In this document: positions 33,755 through 44,236 of the stretch, piece by piece
Position numbering within the stretch: position 1 is the first letter of the stretch
How the letters are laid out: the number at the start of each line of letters is the position of its first letter
NCBI GenBank assembly: GCA_002471575.1
Contig: DKQG01000019.1
Location: 1 to 61,984, forward strand
Reading direction: 5' to 3'
Source of the DNA: Alphaproteobacteria bacterium UBA7314
GTDB lineage: Bacteria > Pseudomonadota > Alphaproteobacteria > MPNO01 > UBA830
DNA length: 61,984 nucleotides
The notes under the pieces: model-generated
The model's input: only the letters and a program-made list of their open reading frames with translations
Database searches by the model: none
Told to the model about the DNA's origin: nothing
Translations under genes and position numbers: made by a program

Positions 33755-35533
33755 TCAGATATCAGCGTAGGTATGCGTTTCGGCTTTGCCGCCCGGATGC
33801 ACTACGGCCCCTTCCCGCGCGTTTCCGACCGTCTGTGCATAGCGCCATAGCGCGCCCGATTGATAGTCATGCTTGCGGGGCTTCCATTTCTTGCGGCGGC
33901 GTTCCAGTTCGGCCTTGGAAAGCTTGACGTTCAGCTTGCCTTTCTCGGCATCGATCGAAATGATATCGCCGTTCTTCAAAAGGCCGATCGGTCCGCCCAC
34001 GGCAGCTTCTGGCCCGACGTGGCCGATGCAGAAACCGCGGGTGCCGCCCGAAAAACGGCCATCGGTGATCAGTGCGACCTTATCGCCCATGCCAAGACCA
34101 TAAAGCGCCGCCGTAGTCGACAGCATTTCCCGCATACCCGGACCGCCTTTAGGCCCTTCGTATCGGATGACGATCACGTCTCCTTCCTTGATTTTCCTCT
34201 TTACGACCGCTTCGAATGCCTCTTCCTCGCAGTCGAAAACCCTTGCGGGGCCTTCGAACGTCAGCTTGTCGTCCATGCCGGCCACCTTGACGATGGCACC
34301 CTCCGGCGCAAGCGTACCTTTTAGGCCGACAACTCCACCGGTCGGTGAAAGCGCGTCTTTGACCCGGTAAAAGACTTTCTGCTTTTCCGGGAATTTCACT
34401 TTGGCGTGGTTCTGTTTCAGGGTTTTCCCGGTAACGGTCATGCAGTCACCATGTAATAGGCCGTTATCCAGCAGTTCTTTGATAACGACGGGAACGCCAC
34501 CGGCACGGTACATGTCGGTTGCAGTATAGGTCCCACCCGGCATCAGGTCGGCAAGGTATGGGGTTTTCTTAAAGATGCGCGCGACGTCGTCGAGGGTGAA
34601 TTTTATTCCCGCTTCATGGGCGATCGCCGGCAGGTGAAGCCCTGCGTTGGTCGACCCACCCGTGGCCGCGACCACGACTGCGGCGTTTTCCAAGGACTCA
34701 CGGGTCACGATATCGCGCGGCCGAATGTTCTTGGCGAGCAGATCCATAACCGCGACACCGGATGCCCTGACCATGTCGTCGCGGGATTTGTAGGCCGCGG
34801 GTGCACCGGACGACGTCGGCAACGCAATTCCCATCGCTTCGGCGACGCAGGCCATCGTGTTTGCCGTGAATTGGCCACCGCAGGATCCCTCGCACGGACA
34901 GGCGACGCTTTCCAGTTCCTGAAGTTCGCCTGCACTCATTTTACCTGCCGCGTACTGTCCGACGCCCTCGAACACGTCTACCACTGTGACGTCCTTACCC
35001 TGAAACTTACCTGGTAGTATGGTGCCGCCATAAACGAAGACCGACGGCACGTTCAGGCGAACCATCGACATCATCATTCCTGGCAGGGATTTATCGCACC
35101 CGGCAAGGCCGACGAGAGCGTCGTAGCAATGACCGCGCATGGTCAGCTCCACCGAGTCCGCGATGATTTCCCGAGAAACCAGGGACGATTTCATGCCTTC
35201 ATGGCCCATGGCGATCCCGTCCGTGACGGTGATCGTGGTAAATTCACGGGGTGTGCCGCCGGCGGCTTTTACACCGCGCTTCGCTGCCTGCGCCTGACGC
35301 GACAGCGAGATATTACAGGGCGCGGCCTCGTTCCAGCAGGTCGCGACGCCGACCAAGGGTTGCGCGATTTCCTTTTCCGTTAACCCCATCGCGTAGAGAT
35401 AACTGCGGTGCGGCGCCCGTTCGGGGCCGACTGTGGTATGCCGGCTTGGCAACTTGTTTTTGTTGAACTTGCGTTTGGCTTTTTTCGCCGGCTTATTCGT
35501 GGCGCGCTTCGCGGCACCCGATCCGTCGGGCAT
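33755..35533 (-). CDS. ilvD: Dihydroxy-acid dehydratase
   Basis: [37 protein letters not shown] and TDGRFSG motifs. Confidence 0.97.
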   Translation of the reverse strand: MPDGSGAAKRATNKPAKKAKRKFNKNKLPSRHTTVGPERAPHRSYLYAMGLTEKEIAQPLVGVATCWNEAAPCNISLSRQAQAAKRGVKAAGGTPREFTTITVTDGIAMGHEGMKSSLVSREIIADSVELTMRGHCYDALVGLAGCDKSLPGMMMSMVRLNVPSVFVYGGTILPGKFQGKDVTVVDVFEGVGQYAAGKMSAGELQELESVACPCEGSCGGQFTANTMACVAEAMGIALPTSSGAPAAYKSRDDMVRASGVAVMDLLAKNIRPRDIVTRESLENAAVVVAATGGSTNAGLHLPAIAHEAGIKFTLDDVARIFKKTPYLADLMPGGTYTATDMYRAGGVPVVIKELLDNGLLHGDCMTVTGKTLKQNHAKVKFPEKQKVFYRVKDALSPTGGVVGLKGTLAPEGAIVKVAGMDDKLTFEGPARVFDCEEEAFEAVVKRKIKEGDVIVIRYEGPKGGPGMREMLSTTAALYGLGMGDKVALITDGRFSGGTRGFCIGHVGPEAAVGGPIGLLKNGDIISIDAEKGKLNVKLSKAELERRRKKWKPRKHDYQSGALWRYAQTVGNAREGAVVHPGGKAETHTYADI

Positions 35534-35620
35534 GTCAGTCTCCTGTCGGTATAGTGTTGGGGCGGACAATAGTCCTGTCAGCGCATCCTGCATAGATTAG
35601 GATCAAGTTCTGGCGCGGTT

Positions 35621-36550
35621 TTAGGACAGATACCCTGCGTCCCGGTATGCCTGCAGCGCTCCTGGATGAAGGGGTGTGCCGCCGAACTCTATCGCGGCGG
35701 TGCCATCGGATTTCAATGGTTCGAATATGCTGTCGAGCCCTTCAAACAGCGGGTTGATTTCGGCCAATTCTTCGAGGTTTGCGAGCATGGTTGCTACGAA
35801 CTGCCGGACGATCTCTGCATCGGTGCTTTCGTGTGCCGCAACGATATTGACGACGGCAAGCTGCTCCGTCTTCCGTTCAACACCCCTGAAAAAGCCTGAC
35901 GGCATTGTCATCGGCCTGTAATAATCGACACAGTCGAGTATCGCCGCAAGATCGGGGGAATCGTATTCAAGCACGCAAACATCCATCCGTTCGCTGATTT
36001 CGCGCATCACGGCGTTGGGATACGGACATTGCCACTGCGCATCCACGTCGCCGGCCTCCAGCGCCTTGCCGCCGTCTTCGAAGGACAGATAGACCGGCGT
36101 GAAATCGTCAAATGAAATACCGAGGACGCCAAACATGGTGTGAATGTGTTGAACCATCCCGCTGCCTTCGGGCCCGATCGACACGCGTTTTCCGATGAGG
36201 TCCCGAACGTTTCCTAGCCCCGCATCAGCGCGGGCGATAAAAAACATCGCCCCGGAATTTGCTGGCGCAACCATTCGGATCCCGACCGGCCCTTCAAACG
36301 GCGCATCCCCACGATACGCACGGCCGATCCAATTTGAGGCCATGAAGCCGAACTCGATCAACCTAGAATCGAGCCGGCGCGCATTTTCGATGCTGGCCTG
36401 TTCTGCATCCAGAATATCGGAAGCGACCCCGCAATCGCGTTCAAGTAAGGTCGCAATGGCCTCTCCCTCGGTCCAGAAGGTTCCGCCTTTCTCGGAGGTT
36501 CCGATTCTTATCCGTGTCATTTTCTCTTTTTCTCCCTCTCCGTCTGTCAC
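35621..36550 (-). CDS. TAXI-family TRAP solute-binding protein
   Basis: IGT..GGTF, SIEN, GKRVSIGPEGSG and PLHPGA..Y motifs. Confidence 0.85.
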   Translation of the reverse strand: MTDGEGEKEKMTRIRIGTSEKGGTFWTEGEAIATLLERDCGVASDILDAEQASIENARRLDSRLIEFGFMASNWIGRAYRGDAPFEGPVGIRMVAPANSGAMFFIARADAGLGNVRDLIGKRVSIGPEGSGMVQHIHTMFGVLGISFDDFTPVYLSFEDGGKALEAGDVDAQWQCPYPNAVMREISERMDVCVLEYDSPDLAAILDCVDYYRPMTMPSGFFRGVERKTEQLAVVNIVAAHESTDAEIVRQFVATMLANLEELAEINPLFEGLDSIFEPLKSDGTAAIEFGGTPLHPGALQAYRDAGYLS

Positions 36551-36900
36551 CGATCCACGCGGAAAGCGTTGAATTCTGACGCCAGAACCAGAATGGCGCC
36601 CACTATATAGAAAATGATCATCGACGAAATCACGACGCTGGGGCTTCCGTAAATCCCGGAATAGGACGCAAAGCTCTCAAGGTAGAAAGAAAAAAGTTTA
36701 ATCGCGTCTGTCAACAGAAGGCACGCCGCGATACCGCCTGGAACAACATCCCAGAGCCGCGGGCAAGGGTCGGAAAAACGTGGAACAGCGAAATCGCGAA
36801 CATCGAGAGATTCTCGACGCCCAACTGTATAGTCGCCTTAACTGGCCTGCCCCAGCAGATTGAACAGAAACACAATGAAGGGCAAAAGATTTATCGCCGC
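36547..36900 (-). pseudogene. YihY/BrkB-family membrane protein remnant
   Basis: Minus-strand frame reads RLWDVVPGG...FSFYLESFASYSGIYGSPSVVISSMIIFYIVGAILVLASEFNA. The upstream SLFHVFP segment is in another frame and there is no in-frame start. 5' limit approximate. Confidence 0.75.
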
Positions 36901-37024
36901 GATTTACACAAGGTAGCAGGTGGAGGCTAGGCCGCTATCTTCCATGAAACAGACGATCAGATCATAGGAGAACCGAAGTGCTGCCGGCAGCGAGCGGCTG
37001 ATCGCTGACTGCGTCGGTAAGGAC

Positions 37025-39694
37025 TTAAAGCGTCGAGAGCCGGTTCAGCGCTTCCGATAGCTTGTCGTGCGACTGCCTGTACTCGGCCGCCCTCTCGCGC
37101 TGTTCCTCGACGACTTCCGGCGGGGCTTTCGCAATGAAATTCATATTCTCCAGCTTTTTTTCGATTTTGCCGATTTCGCCTTCGACCTTGCTGATTTCTT
37201 TTTTCAGCCGGCTAGTCTCCTTTGAAATGTCGATTACGTCGCCCACGGCAAGCGCGGCAGTGGCTTCGTCCACCACCACCTGTACAGTGCCGGAGGACGG
37301 TACTTCTTCTACAAGCTCGACGCTGACAAGCCTCGCAAGGCGCCGGAGCAGCGTATCGTGCGTTTTAAGGCGTGCCTGTGTCGCATCCGACGTTCCAGCC
37401 ACAGTCACGGCAAGTTCCGCTTTCGGCGGGACGTTCATTTCGGAGCGGACCGTCCGGATTGCGCCGATCATTCGGATCAGCCAAGCCATTTCTTCCTCCG
37501 CTTCCGGCGAACGCAGCGGGTCGCCGAGATCGGGCCAGCTGCTGTCTATTAATAAACCGTCTCGCCCCCGCTCCGGGGCAAGTTGTTCCCAGAGTTCCTC
37601 AGTTACGAACGGCATAATCGGATGGAGAAATTTCAGCAGTTGCTCGAGCACCCAAGACGTCGTCGCCCGGACTTCGGCCTGAGACCTCTCATCGCCGTTC
37701 TGCAGGATCGGTTTGGTGAATTCGAGATACCAGTCGCAGAACTGGTGCCAGGCGAATTGGTAGCCGACCTGTGCTGCGTCGTTAAAGCGATAGCCTTCCA
37801 GCGCCTGTGAAATATCCGCGCCGGCCCGGGCGGTTTCGCCGACGATCCACTTATTGACCGTGAGCCCGCACGCTGCAGGATCGAAATCGGTGACCGAGCT
37901 ACATCCGTTAATCTGGGTGAACCGCGCAGCGTTCCAGATTTTCGTCACGAAGTTCCGGTATCCTTCTATACGACCCGCCGACAGCTTGATGTCTCTGCCC
38001 TGCGCGGCAAGCGCGGTTAGAGTGAAGCGCAACGCATCGGCGCCGTACTGGTCGATTAGCTCGAGCGGGTCCATGACGTTGCCCTTGCTCTTCGACATTT
38101 TCTGTCCATCCTCGTCGCGGACAAGCGCGTGGATGTATACGTCGCGGAACGGGACCACGCCGTCTCTGAAATGGAGCCCCATCATGATCATCCGGGCGAC
38201 CCAGAAGAAAATGATATCGAACCCGGTGACCAGAACGCTGGTCGGATAGTGATGCGCAAGCTCGGGTGTTTCTTCTGGCCAGCCAAGAGTCGAAAACGGC
38301 CACAGCGCGGACGAGAACCATGTATCGAGCACGTCGGGATCGCGTTCCAGCTCGACGGGTTTGCCGTAATGCTCATCGGCCACGGCCTGAGCTTCTTCTT
38401 CCGTCATCTCCACGAAAATTTCTCCGTCGGGTCCGTACCAGGCCGGGATCTGATGCCCCCACCAAATCTGACGGGAAACGCACCACGGCTGAATGTTCCG
38501 CATCCATTCGAAATAGGTGTTTTCCCAGTGTTTGGGTACAAACCGGATGTCGCCTTTTTCAACCGCCTCTATCGCCGGTTTCGCAAGCGTCTCCGCATCC
38601 ACGAACCATTGATCCGTGAGACGGGGTTCGATTACGACGCCGGATCGGTCGCCGTAAGGGACTGCCATCGGGTTGTCTTCGATCTTCTCGAGCAGTCCGA
38701 GGGAGTCCATTTCTTCGACGACCCTTTTCCGTGCGTCTTCTCTCGTCAGGCCCCTCAGGTGTTCTGGCACCTCCTCATTCAGCTTTGCGTCGATATCGAA
38801 GATGCTGATCATTGGAAGTTCGTGACGCTTGCCGACCTCAAAATCGTTGAAGTCGTGCGCCGGCGTTATTTTCACTGCTCCAGATCCTTTTTCGGGATCG
38901 GAATATTCGTCGGCAACGATCGGTATCGGACGGCCGACGATTGGCAGGACAACGTTCTTCCCGACCAGATCGGCATAGCGGTCGTCTTCCGGGTGAACCG
39001 CGACGGCGGTATCCCCCAGCATCGTCTCTGGCCGGGTGGTGGCGACGGTGATGAAACTGCCGTTGTCTCCCTCGACGGGATATTTGAAATACCAGAGGTT
39101 TCCGTTTATCTCGCGCTGTTCCACCTCAAGATCGGAAATAGCGGTGTGCAGCTTGGGATCCCAGTTCACCAAGCGTTTGTCACGATAAATCAGGCCTTCC
39201 TTGCGTAGGGTTACAAAGACCTTTCGGACGGCGGCAGACAGACCGTCATCCATAGTGAAGCGTTCGCGCTGCCAGTCGCAGGATGCACCAAGACGACGAA
39301 GTTGACCGATGATCGTGCCGCCGGACTCCGCTTTCCACTCCCAGACACGATCCATGAAAGCATCGCGACCAAGGTCATGGCGGGTCTTGCCGTCCTCGGC
39401 AAGCTGTCGCTCGACGACCATCTGGGTGGCGATACCGGCGTGGTCAGTGCCCGGCTGCCAAAGAACATCCCTCCCGCGCAGGCGTTCGAACCGCGCCAAT
39501 ATATCCTGCAGTGTATTGTTGAGCGCATGGCCCATGTGCAGGCTGCCGGTCACGTTCGGCGGCGGTATAACGATGGAGTACGAGGCGTTTGTGGCCTCTG
39601 CGCTGCGGGTATGCCCGCACCCAAACGATCCGTTTTCTTCCCATTGTGCGTAAATCCGTGCCTCGACGGCGTCGGGCTGATAGGTCTTTTGCAT
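37025..39694 (-). CDS. valS: Valine--tRNA ligase
   Basis: PPPNVTGSLHMGH, KMSKS, DTWFSS motifs and a C-terminal coiled coil. Confidence 0.98.
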   Translation of the reverse strand: MQKTYQPDAVEARIYAQWEENGSFGCGHTRSAEATNASYSIVIPPPNVTGSLHMGHALNNTLQDILARFERLRGRDVLWQPGTDHAGIATQMVVERQLAEDGKTRHDLGRDAFMDRVWEWKAESGGTIIGQLRRLGASCDWQRERFTMDDGLSAAVRKVFVTLRKEGLIYRDKRLVNWDPKLHTAISDLEVEQREINGNLWYFKYPVEGDNGSFITVATTRPETMLGDTAVAVHPEDDRYADLVGKNVVLPIVGRPIPIVADEYSDPEKGSGAVKITPAHDFNDFEVGKRHELPMISIFDIDAKLNEEVPEHLRGLTREDARKRVVEEMDSLGLLEKIEDNPMAVPYGDRSGVVIEPRLTDQWFVDAETLAKPAIEAVEKGDIRFVPKHWENTYFEWMRNIQPWCVSRQIWWGHQIPAWYGPDGEIFVEMTEEEAQAVADEHYGKPVELERDPDVLDTWFSSALWPFSTLGWPEETPELAHHYPTSVLVTGFDIIFFWVARMIMMGLHFRDGVVPFRDVYIHALVRDEDGQKMSKSKGNVMDPLELIDQYGADALRFTLTALAAQGRDIKLSAGRIEGYRNFVTKIWNAARFTQINGCSSVTDFDPAACGLTVNKWIVGETARAGADISQALEGYRFNDAAQVGYQFAWHQFCDWYLEFTKPILQNGDERSQAEVRATTSWVLEQLLKFLHPIMPFVTEELWEQLAPERGRDGLLIDSSWPDLGDPLRSPEAEEEMAWLIRMIGAIRTVRSEMNVPPKAELAVTVAGTSDATQARLKTHDTLLRRLARLVSVELVEEVPSSGTVQVVVDEATAALAVGDVIDISKETSRLKKEISKVEGEIGKIEKKLENMNFIAKAPPEVVEEQRERAAEYRQSHDKLSEALNRLSTL

Positions 39695-39837
39695 CGTTAT
39701 CCCAAAGATAATTTGCCGCCGGCCGCACCAATGAGCCGACAATTCGTAACGTTGTCGAAGCTAGCGACAACGTGCTCGAATTCAAGGGCTTAATTTCTGA
39801 TTGGATCGACGTCCGGTCTTTGGCGCCGCGGCCCAAT

Positions 39838-40419
39838 TTAGCGCTGCGAAATTTCCTCCGCCTCTCGCGTGAGACGCTCGATTTCCCGGCTGACCAGCCG
39901 CTCAACTAGGGCCGGCAGGTTGTCGTCCAGCCATTCCCGGATCATCGGCCTCATAACCTCCTTGACGAGATCTTCGATAGTTCTTGCTCCGATACTGGGA
40001 TCCACCGCGCGCCGATGGTTATTGACGGCGGCGGCAAGTCCCGAGAGCGCAGAGACCGATTCCATGCCCGGTATCTCGGAGACCAGTTTTTCGGCTGCGA
40101 CCGCCTCGGCGGCAGCTTCGATAACAGGCTCCGGTTCAGGTTTTCCCTCGGCGTCGATCATTTCCAGCCCGACGTCTTCTTCCTCGACCGGTTCCTCGGA
40201 TACTTCTTCGCCCGTCTTGAGATTCACCACGGTCCCGTCATCCTGAACCTCGTCCGTGAGCTCCAGCACCCCTTCTTCGTGCCCCGCTGGCGGTTCGGGT
40301 TCGGGTTTCAGCCCAGGTTGTTCCGCTGTGTCTTCTTCTCCGTCTTCCGAGATAATGCGCCGGATAGACGCGAGTATCTCTTCCATTGACGGTTCTTGTT
40401 CAGCGTTCGGGTCGCTCAT
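39838..40419 (-). CDS. popZ: Polar organizing protein PopZ (DUF2497)
   Basis: EPSMEEILASIRRIIS N-terminus, acidic/Pro linker and EDLVKEVMRPMIREWLDDNLP..VERLV.REIER C-terminus. Confidence 0.92.
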   Translation of the reverse strand: MSDPNAEQEPSMEEILASIRRIISEDGEEDTAEQPGLKPEPEPPAGHEEGVLELTDEVQDDGTVVNLKTGEEVSEEPVEEEDVGLEMIDAEGKPEPEPVIEAAAEAVAAEKLVSEIPGMESVSALSGLAAAVNNHRRAVDPSIGARTIEDLVKEVMRPMIREWLDDNLPALVERLVSREIERLTREAEEISQR

Positions 40420-40524
40420 AGAACGACTACCCCCAATTAGGACGAAAGGTTATCGATTAGTTGACGGTAAACGATAAACCAAAATTAAACAAAAATCTTT
40501 CTGTGTAGGCCCGCAAAATGGCGG

Positions 40525-41901
40525 TTATTTGCCGTCATCGGCGGTCAGACCCCACCATTTGCCCCGTACGCGGCGATAATGTGTCTCCGGATTGTATAAA
40601 TCCACCGGCAAACTGAGTTTCGCAGCAGTAAGCTCGCCAACCGCCCGGCGCAGCTGGTAAGTCGCAACCAGTTCATCGCGCATCGACCGCGCGAGGCCAA
40701 CCCGGGCATCCAGGAGTTCCTGTTCTGCATCGAGAACATCAAGCAATGTTCGAGATCCGACGTTGGCTTCTTCGCGAACGCCTTCAAGGGCGATCTCGGC
40801 CGCCTGCACCGCGGAACTTAAGGCCTGGATCTGGGCGCGGCCCGTTTCGAGAACCTGCCAAGCTTCCGTTGCGTCTTCGGTCGCGTCGCGAACCGCTTGG
40901 TTGAATTCGTCCCGGCGCTGCAACACCACCTGTTTGGCGGCACGAACCCTCGACGAAACGGACCCGGACGCGTAAAGCGGCATCGATATCTGGGCCGTTA
41001 CCGACAATGTCTGCGCTTCACTGCGCCGCGTGGATGTTTCCTCACTGATCCGGGCAGAGCCGTTTAAAGTCAGCGTCGGCAGCAATTCGCCGGTTATTTC
41101 TTGAACATTATTTTGCGCCGCTTTTTCGATGAAACGGGTCTGGATAACGCCGAAATTACTGGATTTCGCGCGGTCTACGGATTCCTGCAGCGATGTCGGC
41201 AGATCGGTTAGCGGTTGCGCCGGTTCCAATAACTTCGGCAATTCGCCAACAGCGTTTTCGTATGCCGCCCGCGAATCCGTCAGGCTGCCTTCCGCTGAAA
41301 TCCGGTCTGCGCGGGCACGGGAAAATCGCGATTCAGCCTGGGATACATCGGTGCGGGTTACTTCCCCAACACCAAACCGGTCTTTTGTCGCTTCGAGCTG
41401 ACGTTGCAGGACCCGTTCGTTGTTCTTGTTGAGCTTTAGCACCGCCTGGTCCCTGACGACATCCGCATAGGCCGTCGCCGCGCTCAGCAATACCGATTGC
41501 TCGACAGAGGCCAGACGTGCGCGATCGGCCCTGACGTTGTTATCTGCTTCATTGGTTGCGGCAACGGTTCGCCCGCCGCGATAAAGATGCTGGGTCACCG
41601 TCAGGGTGCCAATCACAGGATCGGTTACCTCACCTTCTTTGTTGGCGGGCCCTGTAGTTGTACTGTCGGATCTTTTCCAGCCGTAGCTGCCGCTGACCTG
41701 CAGGGTAGGACGCCAATTGGACAACGCTTGGGTGACCCCTTCATCGGTTGCCCGTAGCCGGGCGCGCTCTGCCCGCAACGTCGGGTTTTCCTCATACGCC
41801 CTGACCAGGGTCTCTTCTAGTGTTTGGGACGATGCCCCTCCAGCGGGAAGAACGCCTGCGACGGCAATCGCCAGCGAAAAACATATTTTTGAGTAATTCA
41901 T
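40525..41901 (-). CDS. TolC-family outer membrane protein
   Basis: Signal peptide, NPTL, GEVTRTDVSQAE and GSRTLLDVLDAEQEL motifs. Confidence 0.92.
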   Translation of the reverse strand: MNYSKICFSLAIAVAGVLPAGGASSQTLEETLVRAYEENPTLRAERARLRATDEGVTQALSNWRPTLQVSGSYGWKRSDSTTTGPANKEGEVTDPVIGTLTVTQHLYRGGRTVAATNEADNNVRADRARLASVEQSVLLSAATAYADVVRDQAVLKLNKNNERVLQRQLEATKDRFGVGEVTRTDVSQAESRFSRARADRISAEGSLTDSRAAYENAVGELPKLLEPAQPLTDLPTSLQESVDRAKSSNFGVIQTRFIEKAAQNNVQEITGELLPTLTLNGSARISEETSTRRSEAQTLSVTAQISMPLYASGSVSSRVRAAKQVVLQRRDEFNQAVRDATEDATEAWQVLETGRAQIQALSSAVQAAEIALEGVREEANVGSRTLLDVLDAEQELLDARVGLARSMRDELVATYQLRRAVGELTAAKLSLPVDLYNPETHYRRVRGKWWGLTADDGK

Positions 41902-42557
41902 CAGAAAGAAAACCCTGCTTCGCGTTGAAGCTCGGGAAGCCCTGGAATATTGGCATCGAACAGAGACCTGTTCGACACGTGCCCGTTCTGCTTGGTCCAG
42001 AGCCGAGCCGAACCGACACCGGATTTGCCAACCGTAACTGCACATAGCCGTCCGCCTTCGGCCAGCTGTTCGAACAGCGTGTCCGGCACGTCACTACAGG
42101 CACCGTTCACAATTATCACGTCGTACGGTGCCTGATCTGGCCAGCCGTATTCAATGGGTCCCTGCTCTACCACCACGTTATCCATCCCAAGTTCCATCAT
42201 CAGTTCCGATGATTTTCGAACCAAATCGGAATTGCACTCAACCGCAACGACTGCGCGCGCGATCCGGCTAAGCACCGCCGCCGAATATCCCGACCCGCTC
42301 GCGACATCGAGTACCACGTCGTCGGCATCGATTTCAGTCGTCTGGATCATGCGCGCCAGTATCATGGGTTCGACCATGCACCTTCCGGCACCGAGCGGAA
42401 TGTCCTCGTCGATATAGGCCAGTGCCGAACGGTCGTCCGGTGTGAAATTCTCCCTCGGGATCTCGCCCATTGCCGCGAGGATACGGTCGTCCGTGACCTT
42501 GTTGGTCCGAAGCTGGGTATCCACCATTGTCTGCCTGAGGCTCTCAAAATCTGGCAT
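41901..42557 (-). CDS. Protein-L-isoaspartate O-methyltransferase family protein (second paralog)
   Basis: MVDTQLRTN, AYIDEDI, SGSGYSAA and APYDVI motifs; pcm-tolC-popZ synteny. Confidence 0.9.
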   Translation of the reverse strand: MPDFESLRQTMVDTQLRTNKVTDDRILAAMGEIPRENFTPDDRSALAYIDEDIPLGAGRCMVEPMILARMIQTTEIDADDVVLDVASGSGYSAAVLSRIARAVVAVECNSDLVRKSSELMMELGMDNVVVEQGPIEYGWPDQAPYDVIIVNGACSDVPDTLFEQLAEGGRLCAVTVGKSGVGSARLWTKQNGHVSNRSLFDANIPGLPELQREAGFSF

Positions 42558-42718
42558 CTGCCAATATTCGCTTCCTGGTTTAACCCTGTCACTCCGAGCG
42601 ATAATTCTCGCACGAATCTTGTTACCTGCGGGCAAATTGTACGTCGAAGGCTATAAGCGCGTTAAGTATAATACCCCGTGTGTGGCGGCAACTACATTTC
42701 CAAGTGAGAATCCGGATG

Positions 42719-42747
42719 TTGACCGGCATTGGTACCGCGCTTATATA
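42719..42747 (+). promoter_or_regulatory. Putative sigma70 promoter of tRNA-Cys
   Basis: TTGACC-N17-TATATA about 20 bp upstream of the tRNA. Confidence 0.6.
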
Positions 42748-42766
42748 GCCCGCCTTGTCCCCTCAA

Positions 42767-42840
42767 GGCCCGGTGGGAGAGAGGCTATCCAGCGGATTGC
42801 AAATCCGTGTACAGCGGTTCGAATCCGCTCCGGGCCTCCA
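42767..42840 (+). tRNA. tRNA-Cys(GCA)
   Basis: GGCCCGG...GCGGATTGCAAATCCGT...GGTTCGAATCCGCTCCGGGCCTCCA; 74 nt, U discriminator. Confidence 0.96.
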
Positions 42841-42846
42841 ATACCT

Positions 42847-43030
42847 GTCAGCGATCCCTTATTTTCTGGGATTTAGTTGCGGGGTAGGATACTTTTTCAG
42901 CAACAGGTAGGACACTTTTGTTTTCGAGACGTTCTAGTCCACTCGTTGCTATATCTCTTTTATTCGCCTATTCGGGTTAATAGCTCCTCAGCTTCGAGAA
43001 TATCTAGCCAAACGCCGATTGTAATATCGC
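42847..43030 (-). pseudogene. Tyrosine integrase C-terminal remnant
   Basis: Reads AFG*IFSKLRSY*PE*ANKRDIATSGLERLEN..., which aligns with FGWSTDKQADVYKAEANKTKLETSGLERIRN at 52278-52450. Confidence 0.6.
42883..42919. repeat. Direct repeat GGTAGGA(T/C)ACTTTT (starts 42883 and 42906), putative arm-type sites
   Basis: 13 of 14 bases identical, 23-bp period, 43 bp from the tRNA end. Confidence 0.7.
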
Positions 43031-43228
43031 CGTTCTGAAATATTACATTTTAAAAGGTCGTAACCTTCATAGCTTGGGGCTCAAGTAAGAGAAAACCCCG
43101 GAGTATTGTGATGGTCGCACCCATACTCACGCGCCTTTCTCAAATTTTTCCTCTCTAGCGTCCTTCACCTTTCCTGCCGCTTATTCAGAGGAATTCGGTC
43201 TGCCACGAAATACCGCAGCCACCAAATA

Positions 43229-44167
43229 TCACGTCTTATGTCTATCGAAATACCGGAGAACCCGTTCAATAACGCCATCCAGGAGCAACCGGTTCTTTCC
43301 CGCACCACCCGTATTAGTAAAGCATTTTTGCCGAATAGAAGCGCGTGTGGCTGGAGTCCCATCTGCAAATTCGAACCTGTCTTTTTTCCGGATGACCGGG
43401 TTGAAGCGGCATCCGTTCACAGCCTTCCCCTCAACAATACGGCCATCTGTGCTGAAAAAGTGATTGGCGCCTTCTATAATAGTCAATTCAATACTCACGC
43501 CCGCAGATTTAAGTAGTCGTGCGAAATACTGGCATGGTTCGATATGATAATGGCTTTCCGAGCCTTTGATCATCAAAACGGGGAATGGAACTTTCGCGGG
43601 TTCTGGAATTATGTTGCAACCGGGTTCGGCAGCTGCAACGGCGCGCCAAGGAAGAAATTTAAAATCCGTCCTAATATCAACTGACTTATTTACCTGCCCT
43701 GCACCGTAACTAAATCCGGTGTAGAAGAAGTTGTTGGGATCGAAGCGTTGGTCCTTGGCTAAGATTTCTTTTAGATCCAGAGCATAATTATGAGCGTTCG
43801 GAAATTTCCCTTTATCTTGCGGATTGAGAGAGGTTTTATAGAACGCATCAAGAGCGGCAACTGCGAAACCCCGTTTCGTCCCCTCCCGCATCAGACGCGA
43901 AGAATATTCATCTGTTCGACCCACTCCGCCGGGGAAAATAACACCATCCCGGTTGCTACCATGTTGAGTGATAATTAGAGGTAGCTTGTCTTTTGGGCCA
44001 AAAGGCGTGGCAATCATTGCCACAACGGATTTTTCTTGACCTCGGCTTGCACTGGAAAACACCAACGTTTCGCTTTTGTAGGCTGGTTTTTCAATCGGGG
44101 ACGTAACGCACGCTGAAACACTCATCAGTGAGGTCAATGTCGTCGATAACAAAATGAAACGATGCAT
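43229..44167 (-). CDS. Dienelactone-hydrolase-like alpha/beta hydrolase, predicted lipoprotein
   Basis: Lipobox-like VSAC, oxyanion HG, nucleophile elbow GFSYG and GANHFF. Confidence 0.75.
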   Translation of the reverse strand: MHRFILLSTTLTSLMSVSACVTSPIEKPAYKSETLVFSSASRGQEKSVVAMIATPFGPKDKLPLIITQHGSNRDGVIFPGGVGRTDEYSSRLMREGTKRGFAVAALDAFYKTSLNPQDKGKFPNAHNYALDLKEILAKDQRFDPNNFFYTGFSYGAGQVNKSVDIRTDFKFLPWRAVAAAEPGCNIIPEPAKVPFPVLMIKGSESHYHIEPCQYFARLLKSAGVSIELTIIEGANHFFSTDGRIVEGKAVNGCRFNPVIRKKDRFEFADGTPATRASIRQKCFTNTGGAGKNRLLLDGVIERVLRYFDRHKT

Positions 44168-44236
44168 TTTTATCCCCTTTTGCACGTTTGTAAAAATAGC
44201 GCTATTTCGAATTTCCCTTCACGCGCCTCTCTCCCG

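Noticed and set aside
1136-39208. Many long shadow ORFs (e.g. 1136-1966, 4060-4764, 22026-22907, 38129-39208)
   Set aside because: They are antisense or alternate-frame to well-supported genes, as expected in GC-rich DNA.
40474-40488. ATAA-N7-TTAA upstream of popZ as a CtrA site
   Set aside because: One half-site is imperfect in an AT-rich spacer; plausible but not supportable without a weight matrix.
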